In this document: one piece after another, positions 33,201 through 42,656 of the stretch | Layout of the letters: every line of letters begins with the position of its first letter | Numbering within the stretch: the first letter of the stretch is position 1 | DNA from: a virus | Taxonomy: Duplodnaviria; Caudoviricetes | Length of the DNA: 54,778 nucleotides | Strand: one strand, 5' to 3' | Virus record (IMG/VR): IMGVR_UViG_3300032092_000040 | Location: 1 to 54,778 of that record | Program-made: the position numbers and the translations under genes | The notes under the pieces: generated by a model | Told to the model about the DNA's origin: nothing | What the model saw: only the letters and a program-made list of their open reading frames with translations | Database searches by the model: none

Positions 33201-33930
33201 TTTCCCAATATGGTGGAATAGAATTTACGGCAAATATATCTGTACTTGAGTTATTGTGCTTCCCTGCGATAATTCTGGGTTTTCCAAACTTTGGGTAGAC
33301 AACGGCTTGTAATTCATGATGCGGTGTAAAAGTTACATTATTTGGTGTTCTAAAACCGTCGCTATTTGTAAACAGGGTGTTTGTTTGACAAACATCACCG
33401 CTATCGATAAGACCAGATGAAGCATCAATTCTAATCCAATATGCAGTTACATCTTTGACTGGGTGGTGTGATGGTTCTCTTACAATCACTCTTTTCGAGG
33501 AACCATTGAGGAAAAATTCCACGCGATCTATATCACCGGCACCGTGAAATGCTATGACACCAACATCAAGATGTGTTGGATTATCGATGTTGTTGTTACC
33601 ACCAACTGTTTGATATGGAACCGTGACCCACCTACAAATAACATTCTTCTTTGCAAAAACATTGTCTGAAGTTGCAGGATAACTCTGTAACGTGTGTCCA
33701 ATTTCAATGCCTGTAGTTGGATCAATGAAAAACAAAGGGACTTCTGCTTGAAGCCCTTGTTCATTTCTATTCAGATCGGTTTGCCATATATTTACACTAG
33801 CAACCTGATCTGCTGTAGCAATACCCGCAGTATCTTGTGGCAGTAATGTTGTGGGAAATGGCTGTGTTAGAGTTGTAAAGGTATTTCTACCAGAATGTGC
33901 TTGAATTTTTGGTGGGTTGAATAATTGCAT
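28744..33930 (-). CDS. giant modular protein A (beta-helix/depolymerase-like N-region plus conserved C-terminal module)
   Basis: 1728 aa; IDRVEFFLNG, VYVNAETGVDD...GSKTQPMKSIDFA (pectin-lyase-like N-cap), HSDIFQ; last ~480 aa shared with the two neighbours. Confidence 0.8.
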   Translation of the reverse strand: MQLFNPPKIQAHSGRNTFTTLTQPFPTTLLPQDTAGIATADQVASVNIWQTDLNRNEQGLQAEVPLFFIDPTTGIEIGHTLQSYPATSDNVFAKKNVICRWVTVPYQTVGGNNNIDNPTHLDVGVIAFHGAGDIDRVEFFLNGSSKRVIVREPSHHPVKDVTAYWIRIDASSGLIDSGDVCQTNTLFTNSDGFRTPNNVTFTPHHELQAVVYPKFGKPRIIAGKHNNSSTDIFAVNSIPPYWETPEQMKIIRRNDSGIRSFYFSSNFNNSLFTGSVYVNAETGVDDLTRSGSKTQPMKSIDFAYRKLMRLKHAFCNTLANEVAIDNEGEVGGGTIFLMELTTPESKALGHKMGFKDSNAIEYKVFSKMRWVIITTDPEIQNEPITDPSGFIGTSAAKYKAKLRGYHLQNFNTRPTTDDALSDHPIKKAFRGNIATHLMRYKNCYIEGDWPYSEYIFGIGPELEGLNPPDPGNGQTLVRLSRWKVKKGVLGKNITSNIPEERQNHPVLGTSSVNANTYEYTNTTAKANCGPIVSPRLWIDDTAVDGTVRDTKELIKWADSLGMTYNISYVGAPDIKGEQDILGAVWPSNIKKGLNSSIDVLAGNNFRPVASLEIPIDDPNSGGLTLTTPRIFIQPTQRTLELTNNLGFTLTNAGYTFDFCWAHPEFANSRGNMTTNQVITSFVTDSTLSVIEQPADIDIDSFINSNLSRYEADVFRYPSSLVYQPLIYDCFVSRNYVNTTSAPLFAVHSDIFQTVQGALSFVKDHIGVQNFIFYRFNNPSPRSKRYSDINARLGLGGSGPLKDIVFTSQWNISGRSDGNIPLFFYDPSKNWPGSCADGKTYQHYITRHVKDLTFEDCLIFTETATQQLDFTCLHENLIVRNTYMHGTENFNNSNFANGIDYNISSPSPAFGGHVTRYISAVPNHSTINSTNNTALETEVAAFDHALVDNVQQYKTKVDINPATGKDARIGTYIEPLDFFVWIDDGGTNSVKTGIRGKTRIRPIGHPLYGNPRNLKELRTIISDLRYPFERDANGNAGPNQIVGPTSKIGFPVFSSRYRNAMLSFLATQPSGISRRTLNPNSSTRGEWFTFHKTIPANTTNGDAPYGWIYSNVPHENFRYGRLPHPNGTRPSSLINNADRQAENPFMFFYFAEGETAGTPKTIFDSKVALGTGWDPTLGTGKLNPQPTDPGYNPNQRGFRETVVFSYTNFDYDASRSEFGEVLTPETLPLLQGEEEGGGGDITNPTPISNHPITISLTTTDIKKDISWASKDTFNGVTHGKDSFYSSVLQIPNYLERIQDITDPADDPSIGPSRSNETSGNSTTTLNQGGVYVTGGTVDITLNTTIGAVNSIDVKNLATKFQTSVRTANGNTFAVIMHGKTIPNAFLGEYKYVAPQSMTQQEWINADFPSNVNVEGQHYENFYKEFAYIAFNSKESPITSQLTPSNQISFRKSPHHVYINFAQTEMDGLSLSNGATGLSYVDLVTGIPTVAEKISKLQALPLGITCSINSYSEFTSATKSNASGTNPNIITCTNKTRKFVGLIENGNKIVLQGIAVSGTSSIFDSTSPRYEHNGSIGSFNQAYQRNLVDQTTPHYTIPPSGIDLDGTVLPPATINFRFLNPVSVGTKNLLAYKVPVGGTRLFGATPNIGITAGSYIRISNSTSNNGIYQVLSVADGIEGDTASNTKTNGSTEYQYLELSRAIVPEEQGSNIKIENVSHLPILHIKYRIPV

Positions 33931-33944
33931 AATTTTCTACTCTT

Positions 33945-35405
33945 TTAATTTGGTATTCTATACTTGATATGAAGTATAGGAAGGTGTGATACATTTTCTA
34001 TCGTTATGTTTTTGCCAACAGCCTGTTCTTCAGGCACTATTGCTCGACTCAACTCAAGGTATTGGTATTCAGTAGACCCGCTTGTTTTAGTGTTTGAAGC
34101 AGTATCACCTTCAATACCATCTGCAACCGAAAGAACTTCATAGATTCCATTGTTGTTGGACGCGGAACCACTTATTCTTACATAAGATCCAGCAGTGATA
34201 CCTATGTTTGGTGCTTCACCAAACAATCTTGTACCACCAACAGGTACTTTGTATGCAAGAAGATTCTTGTTGCCTATTCCTATAGGATTCAAGAATCTAA
34301 AGTGTATTGTTTGTACTGGTCCTGTTGTTGGTGCTGGAATAACATAGTGTGGAGAAGTTGGATCATCTATTGCAATTCGTTGATAAGTTGTATTTACAGA
34401 TCCAATTCCACCATTATGTTCGTATCGGTTAGCACCGCTGAAAATAGAATTAAATCCACTTGCAGCAATTCCTTGAAGAACAATCTTATTTCCATTTTCC
34501 ACAACTCCAACGAATTTTCTTATCTTGTTATTGCAAGTCACATCCGATGGGTTTGTACCAGACGTATTTGATTTGTTTGCACTTGTAAACTCGCTGTATG
34601 AATTTATGCTACAAGTTATACCAGGGGACAGTGCTTGTAGTTTACTAATCTTTGTTGCTACTGCGGGTGTTCCTGTGACCAGATCAACGTAAGAAAGACC
34701 TGTAGCACCACTTGACAATGAAAGTCCATCCATTTCAGGTTGAGTAAAGAAAATATAAGTGTGGTGAGGCGATTTGCGGAATGAGATTTGATTGTTTGTT
34801 ATTTGTGAAACGACTGGCGATTCTTTGCTATTGAATGCAATGTACGCAAACTCTCTATAGAAATTTTGATAGTGAAGACCTTCTGGATCTATGTTATTTG
34901 GACTACCCAAAGCCTCCCACTCCTCCCTTGACAGGGATTGCGGTGCAACATATTTGTACTCACCAAACTGTGTACTTGGTATAGTCTTACCATGAAGAAT
35001 GACTGCAAAAGTATTTCCATTAGCAGTTCTAACTACAGACTGAAACTTTGTTGCAAGGTTCTTTACGTCAATTGAATTGACAGCACCAATAGTTGCATTC
35101 AACTGCACATCAACTGTTCCGCCTGTAATATAAACACCGCCTTGATTGGGTATCAGTACACTGTTTCCTGATGTTTCATTGCTTCTACTCGGTCCAATAC
35201 TCGGATCATTCGCTGGATCTGTAATATCTTCTATTTTCTCTAAGTAGTTTGGTATTTGTACTATGTCGGAATAGAAAGAATCTGCGCCGTGAGTTGTTGC
35301 ATTGAACGTATCTTTACTTGCCCAAGTAATATCCTTTTTAATATCGGTTGTGGTAAGACTGATAGTGATGGGGTGGTTAGAGATCGGTGCTGGATTTGTT
35401 ATAGT
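33945..35405 (-). repeat. conserved C-terminal module, copy B
   Basis: Same module as copies A and C. Confidence 0.92.
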
Positions 35406-38400
35406 TCCTGTTTGATCTTCTTGAAATGTACTTCTGGGCAGAACTTCACCAAACTCGGATCTAGTTGCATCATAATCAAAGTTTGTGAATCTATATTGTA
35501 GATTGTTCTTGAATCCTCTTTGATTGGGATTTTCTTGCCAACCAAGTTTTTGTTTATTTAAAAATTGATTGTTTGGATCTATATTCAGTATTCGTGCATT
35601 TGTTTGAGATAGAGTTAGTCCAGTGCTTGGGTTTTTTGGAAGAATGAAGTTTTCGTAAGTTATTGCTGATGGCATCCACCCATAATTTGCCCCAACAAAA
35701 TCTCCCTCTAATGTATTTTGATACCAAATACCTCTTGTAGTACTATTTGGTTGGTTTTCAACCAATCCAATATTATTTGCTATTGCATGATCTTTATCTG
35801 TTGCTAGAACGGGGAAAAATATATTCGAATTTGTTCCTATTCGCTGATTTTCTCCAGCCTGACCATTTACTTTTTCAAATGGATAATTTAAATCTGAAAG
35901 GAGGGTTCTAGCCTCTCGCATATAGTTCGGTCTACTACCATCCGGTCTACCTCTAAAATCTATACTCACCTTTTTCAACCCATCTGGGCTTGCTGTACCA
36001 TCGCCAACAAATATAATCAGTTGTTTTTCATAGGGATCTAAAAGACTTTCATCGTTGTCAGACATACAGTATTGCTGAACATTGTCAAAAACAACCATGT
36101 CATAGTGGAGACAGTCATCGTTATTTAAATTGTTTCCCCCACTTGGATAATTCAAGGATGGTGCTGATGGAACGGCATCTTTATAACGATATACGCTACC
36201 TCCAAAGGTGCTTTGTCCGAGAAAACTGTTGTTAGGTATTGGTCGATTTGATACACCGGATACAATCTGTGTGTTGTAAAATAGAACATTTTCCTGAGGA
36301 CACGTTAGAACTATTTGTTGAGATCCATCTGGTGTCTTCAAAAGACAATCAGAAAACACTATATCTCTAACATATCTACCCCCGAAAAATTCATAAGTGA
36401 GTCCATCACCACCTTCGGTTATAGAATAGTTGTGCAATCTGTCTGCCAGCGCATTTATTATTCTTCCTGAAATAGACCATTGCCCTTCTTGTCTGACATC
36501 GACTAATGGTCCTTCTCCGGAAACTCCGTGTCTTGCATCTATATCGTAATATCTTTTGCTTCTTGGGCTTGGATTGTTGAATCTGTGAATTATTAGATTG
36601 TTTATACCAGCAACTTTTGATTTGAAAGAATAAAAACCACTATTAGTTTGAAATAAATCTGAGTGTATTCTAAAAAGGGGCGCATTAGAAGCATTAACAT
36701 AGTTGTGAGATCTAAATCCGTTTATGGTAAACAGTTGATAGTAAACTCCACTAGATCTAATGATATCTGCTTCCCATTGATCTAAAGTGGAGTTTACTAA
36801 GATATCAATCGAGAACTTTGCTGGTTCTTGCACATGCCTAATCACCGAGTTTGTTACAAATGCCTTTAGAGCAGTATTGTTCCATATCTGAGCATTTGGG
36901 CTTGATCCTTCTGGATCTGTCCACGGAAATTCAAATGTATATCCCATAGATGTTGTGAAGCCAACCCTATTTAATTGAGCCTTTACAAATATGGCTGGAA
37001 CACTACTAAGAGATAAACCACTTGGAACCGGAGTTATACCATCTGAAGCAAATACACCTTTCTTATCATCTGAAAATTGAACCGAAAGATTGCTTTTAAA
37101 ATCTGGTACTGGCACCATGGTGGTGGAATAGGTCATTCCATTTGCTTCAGCCCACTCATATATTTTGTACCTATTTCTCTCCCCACCATCAACTACTGTG
37201 TTGTTCAACCATTGATATGGTGGCACAAACCCCAATGCTGTTGATACCAATGATTCAAGTGATGTTCCATATTCATATGAACCTACTGATGTTTCATTGA
37301 ATGAGAGTGCTGGAAATTCTTGATCCGTTGCAGTTATAGTTGAGGTATTGAAATTTGTTGTTCCCGTTTTTACCTTCCATATTTTGTAATTATTCTGTAA
37401 TTTGGCATCTGGTGCCACGCCTTGATTTATCTGAGAATAATCTAGTTCCGGACCCATACCAAAAGCATATTCAGACCAGGGCCAGTCCATCTCCACAACG
37501 CAGTTGTTTAGTTTTATTAGTTGTACACAAATGCCTTTGCCCATATTTTCTTTTGTGAGTTTCCCTGTGCTTTGAAGATGACATCCTTTTATTTTGGCTC
37601 GTCTACCATCAGCAACTATTGGATCTCGTTCAATAGTCAACCAGCGCATTCTCGCAAAAGATTCATATTGTCGTAATCCCGTCCAAGAAACCGCACCCCA
37701 TTTGTGACCATTGTACAATTCTGGTCCTTCGCCAAGATCTTTGAGGTATATTGTTCCCCCACCAACATCTCCCTGATCTTTAATTTCTATCGTTGAAAAT
37801 GGGTTGTAGTGTTTGTGCTTGAAAGCCATCAATCTATTGATAGCAAATTCAATTGTTTTAAATGGTTGCTCAGATGAACCAGATCTAGAAATATCATCAA
37901 CACCATTTGAAGTTGCATCCACATAAACGGCTGTATTAAACAATGTGTTTGATGTGTTTGTTGAAAAATAGAAAGATCGTATTCCCGTATTTTCTGATGT
38001 TCCCACCATCAACCCAGTATCGGGATCTGTATATACAGCAGTTGCATTATATGCTAGGGTGTTTTTATCATTGTTGTGCTTTCCAACAAGTATTCTTGGT
38101 TTTCCATTTTTTGGATATATAACGGCTTGCAATTCGTGATGTGGTTTTATTTCTATTGATGTTGGCTTTGGCAAACCAGAGGTAGTCTCCCCCCTAGAAA
38201 CTATATCACCACTATCAATTGGGAACAAAGAAGAATCTAATCGCACCCAATAGGCACTCACATCCTGCTCTGGATTATATGTGACTTCTGTGACTGTTAT
38301 TGGATTTGATATCCCGTTGAGATAAAAAACAACTCTATCTATTCCACTATGATGAAACGCGATAACTCCAATATCAAGATATGATGGATTTCTTTCCCCG

Positions 38401-38660
38401 CCAATAGTTTGGTATGATGGTGTTAGCCATCTGCAAACTACATTTTTTTCCGAACCCGACAAACGAAGGGGATAGTGAATTGGATCTATATCACCAATCA
38501 TATCTGGCAATATACCATTTTCCGTCAATTTATCTGCTATGAGAGGCTCAGTGACTCCTCTCCAAACACCAGCATCATTTACCGCATATGGTTGTGATAT
38601 TGTGCTAAACTGATTGATAGAATTTGATGGAACTATCACGGGGGGCTTGAATAATTGCAT
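33945..38660 (-). CDS. giant modular protein B, full-length paralog of A
   Basis: 1571 aa; same MQLF.PP start, IDRVVFYLNG, VYVDATSNGVDD...GSSEQPFKTIEFA, HSDLFQ, RFNNPSPRSKRY; shared C-terminal module. Confidence 0.8.
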   Translation of the reverse strand: MQLFKPPVIVPSNSINQFSTISQPYAVNDAGVWRGVTEPLIADKLTENGILPDMIGDIDPIHYPLRLSGSEKNVVCRWLTPSYQTIGGERNPSYLDIGVIAFHHSGIDRVVFYLNGISNPITVTEVTYNPEQDVSAYWVRLDSSLFPIDSGDIVSRGETTSGLPKPTSIEIKPHHELQAVIYPKNGKPRILVGKHNNDKNTLAYNATAVYTDPDTGLMVGTSENTGIRSFYFSTNTSNTLFNTAVYVDATSNGVDDISRSGSSEQPFKTIEFAINRLMAFKHKHYNPFSTIEIKDQGDVGGGTIYLKDLGEGPELYNGHKWGAVSWTGLRQYESFARMRWLTIERDPIVADGRRAKIKGCHLQSTGKLTKENMGKGICVQLIKLNNCVVEMDWPWSEYAFGMGPELDYSQINQGVAPDAKLQNNYKIWKVKTGTTNFNTSTITATDQEFPALSFNETSVGSYEYGTSLESLVSTALGFVPPYQWLNNTVVDGGERNRYKIYEWAEANGMTYSTTMVPVPDFKSNLSVQFSDDKKGVFASDGITPVPSGLSLSSVPAIFVKAQLNRVGFTTSMGYTFEFPWTDPEGSSPNAQIWNNTALKAFVTNSVIRHVQEPAKFSIDILVNSTLDQWEADIIRSSGVYYQLFTINGFRSHNYVNASNAPLFRIHSDLFQTNSGFYSFKSKVAGINNLIIHRFNNPSPRSKRYYDIDARHGVSGEGPLVDVRQEGQWSISGRIINALADRLHNYSITEGGDGLTYEFFGGRYVRDIVFSDCLLKTPDGSQQIVLTCPQENVLFYNTQIVSGVSNRPIPNNSFLGQSTFGGSVYRYKDAVPSAPSLNYPSGGNNLNNDDCLHYDMVVFDNVQQYCMSDNDESLLDPYEKQLIIFVGDGTASPDGLKKVSIDFRGRPDGSRPNYMREARTLLSDLNYPFEKVNGQAGENQRIGTNSNIFFPVLATDKDHAIANNIGLVENQPNSTTRGIWYQNTLEGDFVGANYGWMPSAITYENFILPKNPSTGLTLSQTNARILNIDPNNQFLNKQKLGWQENPNQRGFKNNLQYRFTNFDYDATRSEFGEVLPRSTFQEDQTGTITNPAPISNHPITISLTTTDIKKDITWASKDTFNATTHGADSFYSDIVQIPNYLEKIEDITDPANDPSIGPSRSNETSGNSVLIPNQGGVYITGGTVDVQLNATIGAVNSIDVKNLATKFQSVVRTANGNTFAVILHGKTIPSTQFGEYKYVAPQSLSREEWEALGSPNNIDPEGLHYQNFYREFAYIAFNSKESPVVSQITNNQISFRKSPHHTYIFFTQPEMDGLSLSSGATGLSYVDLVTGTPAVATKISKLQALSPGITCSINSYSEFTSANKSNTSGTNPSDVTCNNKIRKFVGVVENGNKIVLQGIAASGFNSIFSGANRYEHNGGIGSVNTTYQRIAIDDPTSPHYVIPAPTTGPVQTIHFRFLNPIGIGNKNLLAYKVPVGGTRLFGEAPNIGITAGSYVRISGSASNNNGIYEVLSVADGIEGDTASNTKTSGSTEYQYLELSRAIVPEEQAVGKNITIENVSHLPILHIKYRIPN

Positions 38661-38674
38661 AATTTTCTACTCTT

Positions 38675-40130
38675 TTAATTTGGTATTCTATACTTGATAT
38701 GAAGTATAGGAAGATGCGAGACATTTTCTATCTTTATGTTTTTGCCAACAGCCTGTTCTTCAGGCACTATTGCTCGACTCAACTCAAGGTATTGGTACTC
38801 GGTTGAACCACCTGTCCTAGTATTTGAAGCAGTATCACCTTCAATACCATCAATGGTTGCAAGAACTTGATAGATTCCATTGTTGGAGGCGGAACCACTT
38901 ATTCTTACATAAGAACCAGCAGTGATACCTATGTTTGGTGAAGCACCAAACAATCTTGTACCACCATTTGGTACTACTTTGTATGCAAGTAAGTTTTTAC
39001 TACCTGTTGCTATTAAATTACTGAACCTTAAGTGAATTGTTGCTGGTGGTAAGATATTACCATCTAGATCAATTCCCGATGGTGGTATGGTGTAGTGTGG
39101 TGTTGTTTGGTCAACTGGATTTCGTTGGTATGCCTGATTAAATGATCCTATTGAACCATTGTGTTCATATCTTGGGGACGCCGAATTAAAAATGGAACTA
39201 GTTCCACTTACAGCAATACCTTGAAGAACAATCTTGTCATTTCCTATCAAACCTACAAACTTTCTTGTCTTATTTGTGCATGTGATTATGTTTGGATTTG
39301 TGCCAGATGTATTTGATTTGGTTGCACTTGTAAACTCGCTGTATGAATTTATGCTACAAGTTATACCCAAGGGCAGTGCTTGTAGTTTACTGATCTTTTC
39401 TAGTACAGCAGAAGTTCCTGTTACCAGATCAACGTAAGAAAGACCTGTAGCACCATTCGATAATGAAAGCCCATCCATTTCAGGTTGAGTGAAGGAAATA
39501 TAAGTGTGGTGGGGCGATTTGCGGAATGAGATCTGATTGTTCGTTATTTGTGAAACGACTGGTGATTCTTTGCTATTGAATGCAATGTATGCAAACTCTT
39601 TATAGAAATTATCATAGTGAAGACCTTCTGGATCTATATCACTTGGTCTGCCCAAATTTTCCCACTCTTCCCTTGGCATAGATTGTGGTGCAACATATTT
39701 GTACTCACCAAACTGTGTACTTGGTATGGTCTTGCCATGAAGAATGACTGCAAAGGTATTTCCATTAGCAGTTCGGACTGATGTTTGGAACTTTGTTGCA
39801 AGGTTCTTTACGTCGATTGAGTTTACAGCACCGATAGTTGTATTCAGCGTTATGTCAACCGTTCCACCTGTGACAAAGACACCACCTTGATTTGGCGTTG
39901 TTGTACTATTTCCTGATGTTTCGTTGCTTCTACTAGGACCAATACTCGGATCATTCGCTGGATCTGTAACATCCTCAATTCTTTCTAAGTAGTTTGGTAT
40001 TTGTACTATGTCGGAATAGAAAGAATCTACACCATGAGTTGTTGCATTGAACGTATCTTTACTTGCCCAACTAATATCCTTTTTAATATCGGTTGTGGTG
40101 AGACTTATGGTGATAGGATGATTAGAGGTT
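38675..40130 (-). repeat. conserved C-terminal module, copy C
   Basis: Same module as copies A and B. Confidence 0.92.
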
Positions 40131-42646
40131 GGTTGTGTGGTTGTGTTGGCAGTTTCTTCAGTTATAATTTGATCATAGTTGTATAGCCACCAATCGTATA
40201 AATTGTTGGTCATGAATTCAGCATATGAGTTTCCTTTAAAACTAGGACCAACCCAATCTATTCCAATTCCTGCTGTCGTTACTGTATCACTTTTATGATC
40301 AAATATTGTCGGCTTGACTCGGAAATCATATTTTCCAGTATTTTCAGCAGTTGGATCTATTAAGTAAGTTTGTAACGTAGACCCGTTCGCTGATTGGAAA
40401 TAAAATCCTGTGCTGAAAATTGAAGTGTCGTTGGTAAATGTTTTGTCCAACAACAATTTAGAATTTGTTGCTGAGTCGGTGTAATCAAAATCTGAAGTTA
40501 GACCAACAGCAGAAATTGATGCGGATATTTGACTGTCTGTTGATTTACACAGCCATATATTGTTGTATAAACATGTGACTCCATCTAAATTCTTGTTGTA
40601 AGCCCACCATCTATAAATTGCTTTGGAATCCGGAATCATCACCCCACCAACAGTTATGCCTGGTAACCAAGAATGATTCCATGCAGATCCCGAAAATTTT
40701 CCATTGTAAATGGCATAACCTAATCCAGATTGATAAAAATCATCGATGTATTCTTGTGGGGCATTTACTATGAACGGTGTACTTCCACCGCAAAATTCCG
40801 CTGTTGTTCCCAAAATGTACGAACCGCTTGACCCACTAGACAAAGAACTTGTCGGCAATAAATGATTTGTGCTTAACTCAGTTTTTACTAAGTTTTTTAC
40901 TACATGAAGTGGTCCTGTTAAAAAATTATTTCTTATAGCAAAGTTATTAAATTTCCACCACGGCATAGTCAAAGTTTCTTCTTTGTCTATCTCCACACTA
41001 CCGACGTTATTGAGTATCTTAAAATTGGCTAGATCTCCCCGCATACCACAATTTCTTTGTTCCACCTCATATATTTTCAAACCTCTATCGGAGAACAACA
41101 CATTATTTTTAATAGTAAAACCAGGATTGCCGCTTATTCCGTTATACTCTTGAATTGCCACACCGATATTGGTTGGGGTGTAGATAAAATTCTTTTCAAT
41201 ATTAATGTCGGCACACCTGTCATAGAATGCCATTCCATTCCCGTGTTGTGTTGCTATTGTAAAAATATTATTACCATAAACATTGTTTCCAGAACTACCA
41301 GACATGTAAATGCCGGTTTTAGTTCTCCACCCAACAACGGTGTTATATTTAATATTTACTCCGGTGCAGCCAGAGAAATGCAATCCTCTATAGAAAGATT
41401 TATAACATAGATTTCCTAAAACAAGAGAGTTGCTAAAGTTGCCATGGAAAGCAGCATTGTCTGCGTGGTGAAATGCATTATACTTAAATACTATATTTGA
41501 ACTTATTTTAAAATTGTCTGCATTAGAAGAGTAGCCGACATTCTCTTCACGGAATTCAAAAATATCAAATCCTATAAATTGAATATTTTTAACTCTACAG
41601 AGATTAATACCAATTCTTAAGACTGGAATTCGTGGGGCTATTGTGCTATCTGATCTCACATAAAAATATTTTTCTTCGCCATCAAGTTCAAAAGCATATT
41701 CGTAGGTATTTCCGAGCCAAGATTTATTGCCAATAAAAGCAATATTTCTTACGGGTGAGTATGATGGTTTATCTAGGATATTAATCTTGCGTTCGGCATA
41801 ACTAATGCCAACCACTTTATGGAATGACAAATTGTTATTTCCGCCTTGCATAACAAGCGTGGTATTGGTCCAGTCTGTGGAAATTCCCGAACCGTCTCTG
41901 GCAAAGACCAAATCCATCAATTGATTTGTTCCAACGCCAGTTATCCCATGTAAAATCCCATCAGTTGTTGAACCATACGGGACGAATCTGGAACCAGATA
42001 TGTTTACAGAGGGAAAAGTAAATGACTCTGGGTACGAAAGATATAATTCTGGGTATTCAGAACCAGTTTCACCTCTATTCAATAAACACGGAGACAGCGT
42101 TGATGGAGATGTTAAAGATACATTGTGTGGAAGATTATAATCATAATCATACAATGAAAAATCTATCTTTTTTAGATCGGTTGTAAATGGTAAATGTTCT
42201 GGTTTAAATTTGTATCGTTTTATTCCCGAGAATATACCATTAACTCCATATGACGTATCTAATACAAGATCAATGGATCCCTTAATTTTACAGCCATGCA
42301 ATTTTTCGGATACGACCACAATGTTTTTTTCTCTAAAGGTTTCATCACCAAAAAATAAAACTTTGTCTGTGGCAAATGCTAGAGCAGAGCCAGGAGTATT
42401 TGTGATATTGTCTAAATCATAGACACCTTCTTTTGCGATGATGTATCTTATCTCAGCATCAGCACCGGTAGAACCTATCATCGAATAGGCTTTTTGTGGC
42501 GTGTGATAGGGATTTGAACTGTCCCCATTCCCCGTAATATCACTGCCGTTTGGAGAAATGTAAATATATGTTCCTGGTGACTTTAGAATGTTTGCGATAA
42601 ACAAATCATAGTCTTCAAGAAAATTCAAGAAATTTTGATCCGACAT
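38675..42646 (-). CDS. giant modular protein C (right-handed beta-helix N-region plus conserved C-terminal module)
   Basis: 1323 aa; YISPNGSD..GNGDSSNPYHT N-cap, Asn-ladder repeats (IKYNTV, VYGNNI, HGNGM, IEKNFI, IKNNVL); N-region otherwise unlike A and B. Confidence 0.8.
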   Translation of the reverse strand: MSDQNFLNFLEDYDLFIANILKSPGTYIYISPNGSDITGNGDSSNPYHTPQKAYSMIGSTGADAEIRYIIAKEGVYDLDNITNTPGSALAFATDKVLFFGDETFREKNIVVVSEKLHGCKIKGSIDLVLDTSYGVNGIFSGIKRYKFKPEHLPFTTDLKKIDFSLYDYDYNLPHNVSLTSPSTLSPCLLNRGETGSEYPELYLSYPESFTFPSVNISGSRFVPYGSTTDGILHGITGVGTNQLMDLVFARDGSGISTDWTNTTLVMQGGNNNLSFHKVVGISYAERKINILDKPSYSPVRNIAFIGNKSWLGNTYEYAFELDGEEKYFYVRSDSTIAPRIPVLRIGINLCRVKNIQFIGFDIFEFREENVGYSSNADNFKISSNIVFKYNAFHHADNAAFHGNFSNSLVLGNLCYKSFYRGLHFSGCTGVNIKYNTVVGWRTKTGIYMSGSSGNNVYGNNIFTIATQHGNGMAFYDRCADINIEKNFIYTPTNIGVAIQEYNGISGNPGFTIKNNVLFSDRGLKIYEVEQRNCGMRGDLANFKILNNVGSVEIDKEETLTMPWWKFNNFAIRNNFLTGPLHVVKNLVKTELSTNHLLPTSSLSSGSSGSYILGTTAEFCGGSTPFIVNAPQEYIDDFYQSGLGYAIYNGKFSGSAWNHSWLPGITVGGVMIPDSKAIYRWWAYNKNLDGVTCLYNNIWLCKSTDSQISASISAVGLTSDFDYTDSATNSKLLLDKTFTNDTSIFSTGFYFQSANGSTLQTYLIDPTAENTGKYDFRVKPTIFDHKSDTVTTAGIGIDWVGPSFKGNSYAEFMTNNLYDWWLYNYDQIITEETANTTTQPTSNHPITISLTTTDIKKDISWASKDTFNATTHGVDSFYSDIVQIPNYLERIEDVTDPANDPSIGPSRSNETSGNSTTTPNQGGVFVTGGTVDITLNTTIGAVNSIDVKNLATKFQTSVRTANGNTFAVILHGKTIPSTQFGEYKYVAPQSMPREEWENLGRPSDIDPEGLHYDNFYKEFAYIAFNSKESPVVSQITNNQISFRKSPHHTYISFTQPEMDGLSLSNGATGLSYVDLVTGTSAVLEKISKLQALPLGITCSINSYSEFTSATKSNTSGTNPNIITCTNKTRKFVGLIGNDKIVLQGIAVSGTSSIFNSASPRYEHNGSIGSFNQAYQRNPVDQTTPHYTIPPSGIDLDGNILPPATIHLRFSNLIATGSKNLLAYKVVPNGGTRLFGASPNIGITAGSYVRISGSASNNGIYQVLATIDGIEGDTASNTRTGGSTEYQYLELSRAIVPEEQAVGKNIKIENVSHLPILHIKYRIPN

Positions 42647-42656
42647 TTAAAATCCC

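Noticed and set aside
28744-40130. Diversity-generating retroelement explaining the near-identical C-termini
   Set aside because: No reverse transcriptase in the window, all copies are coding, and the differences do not look adenine-specific
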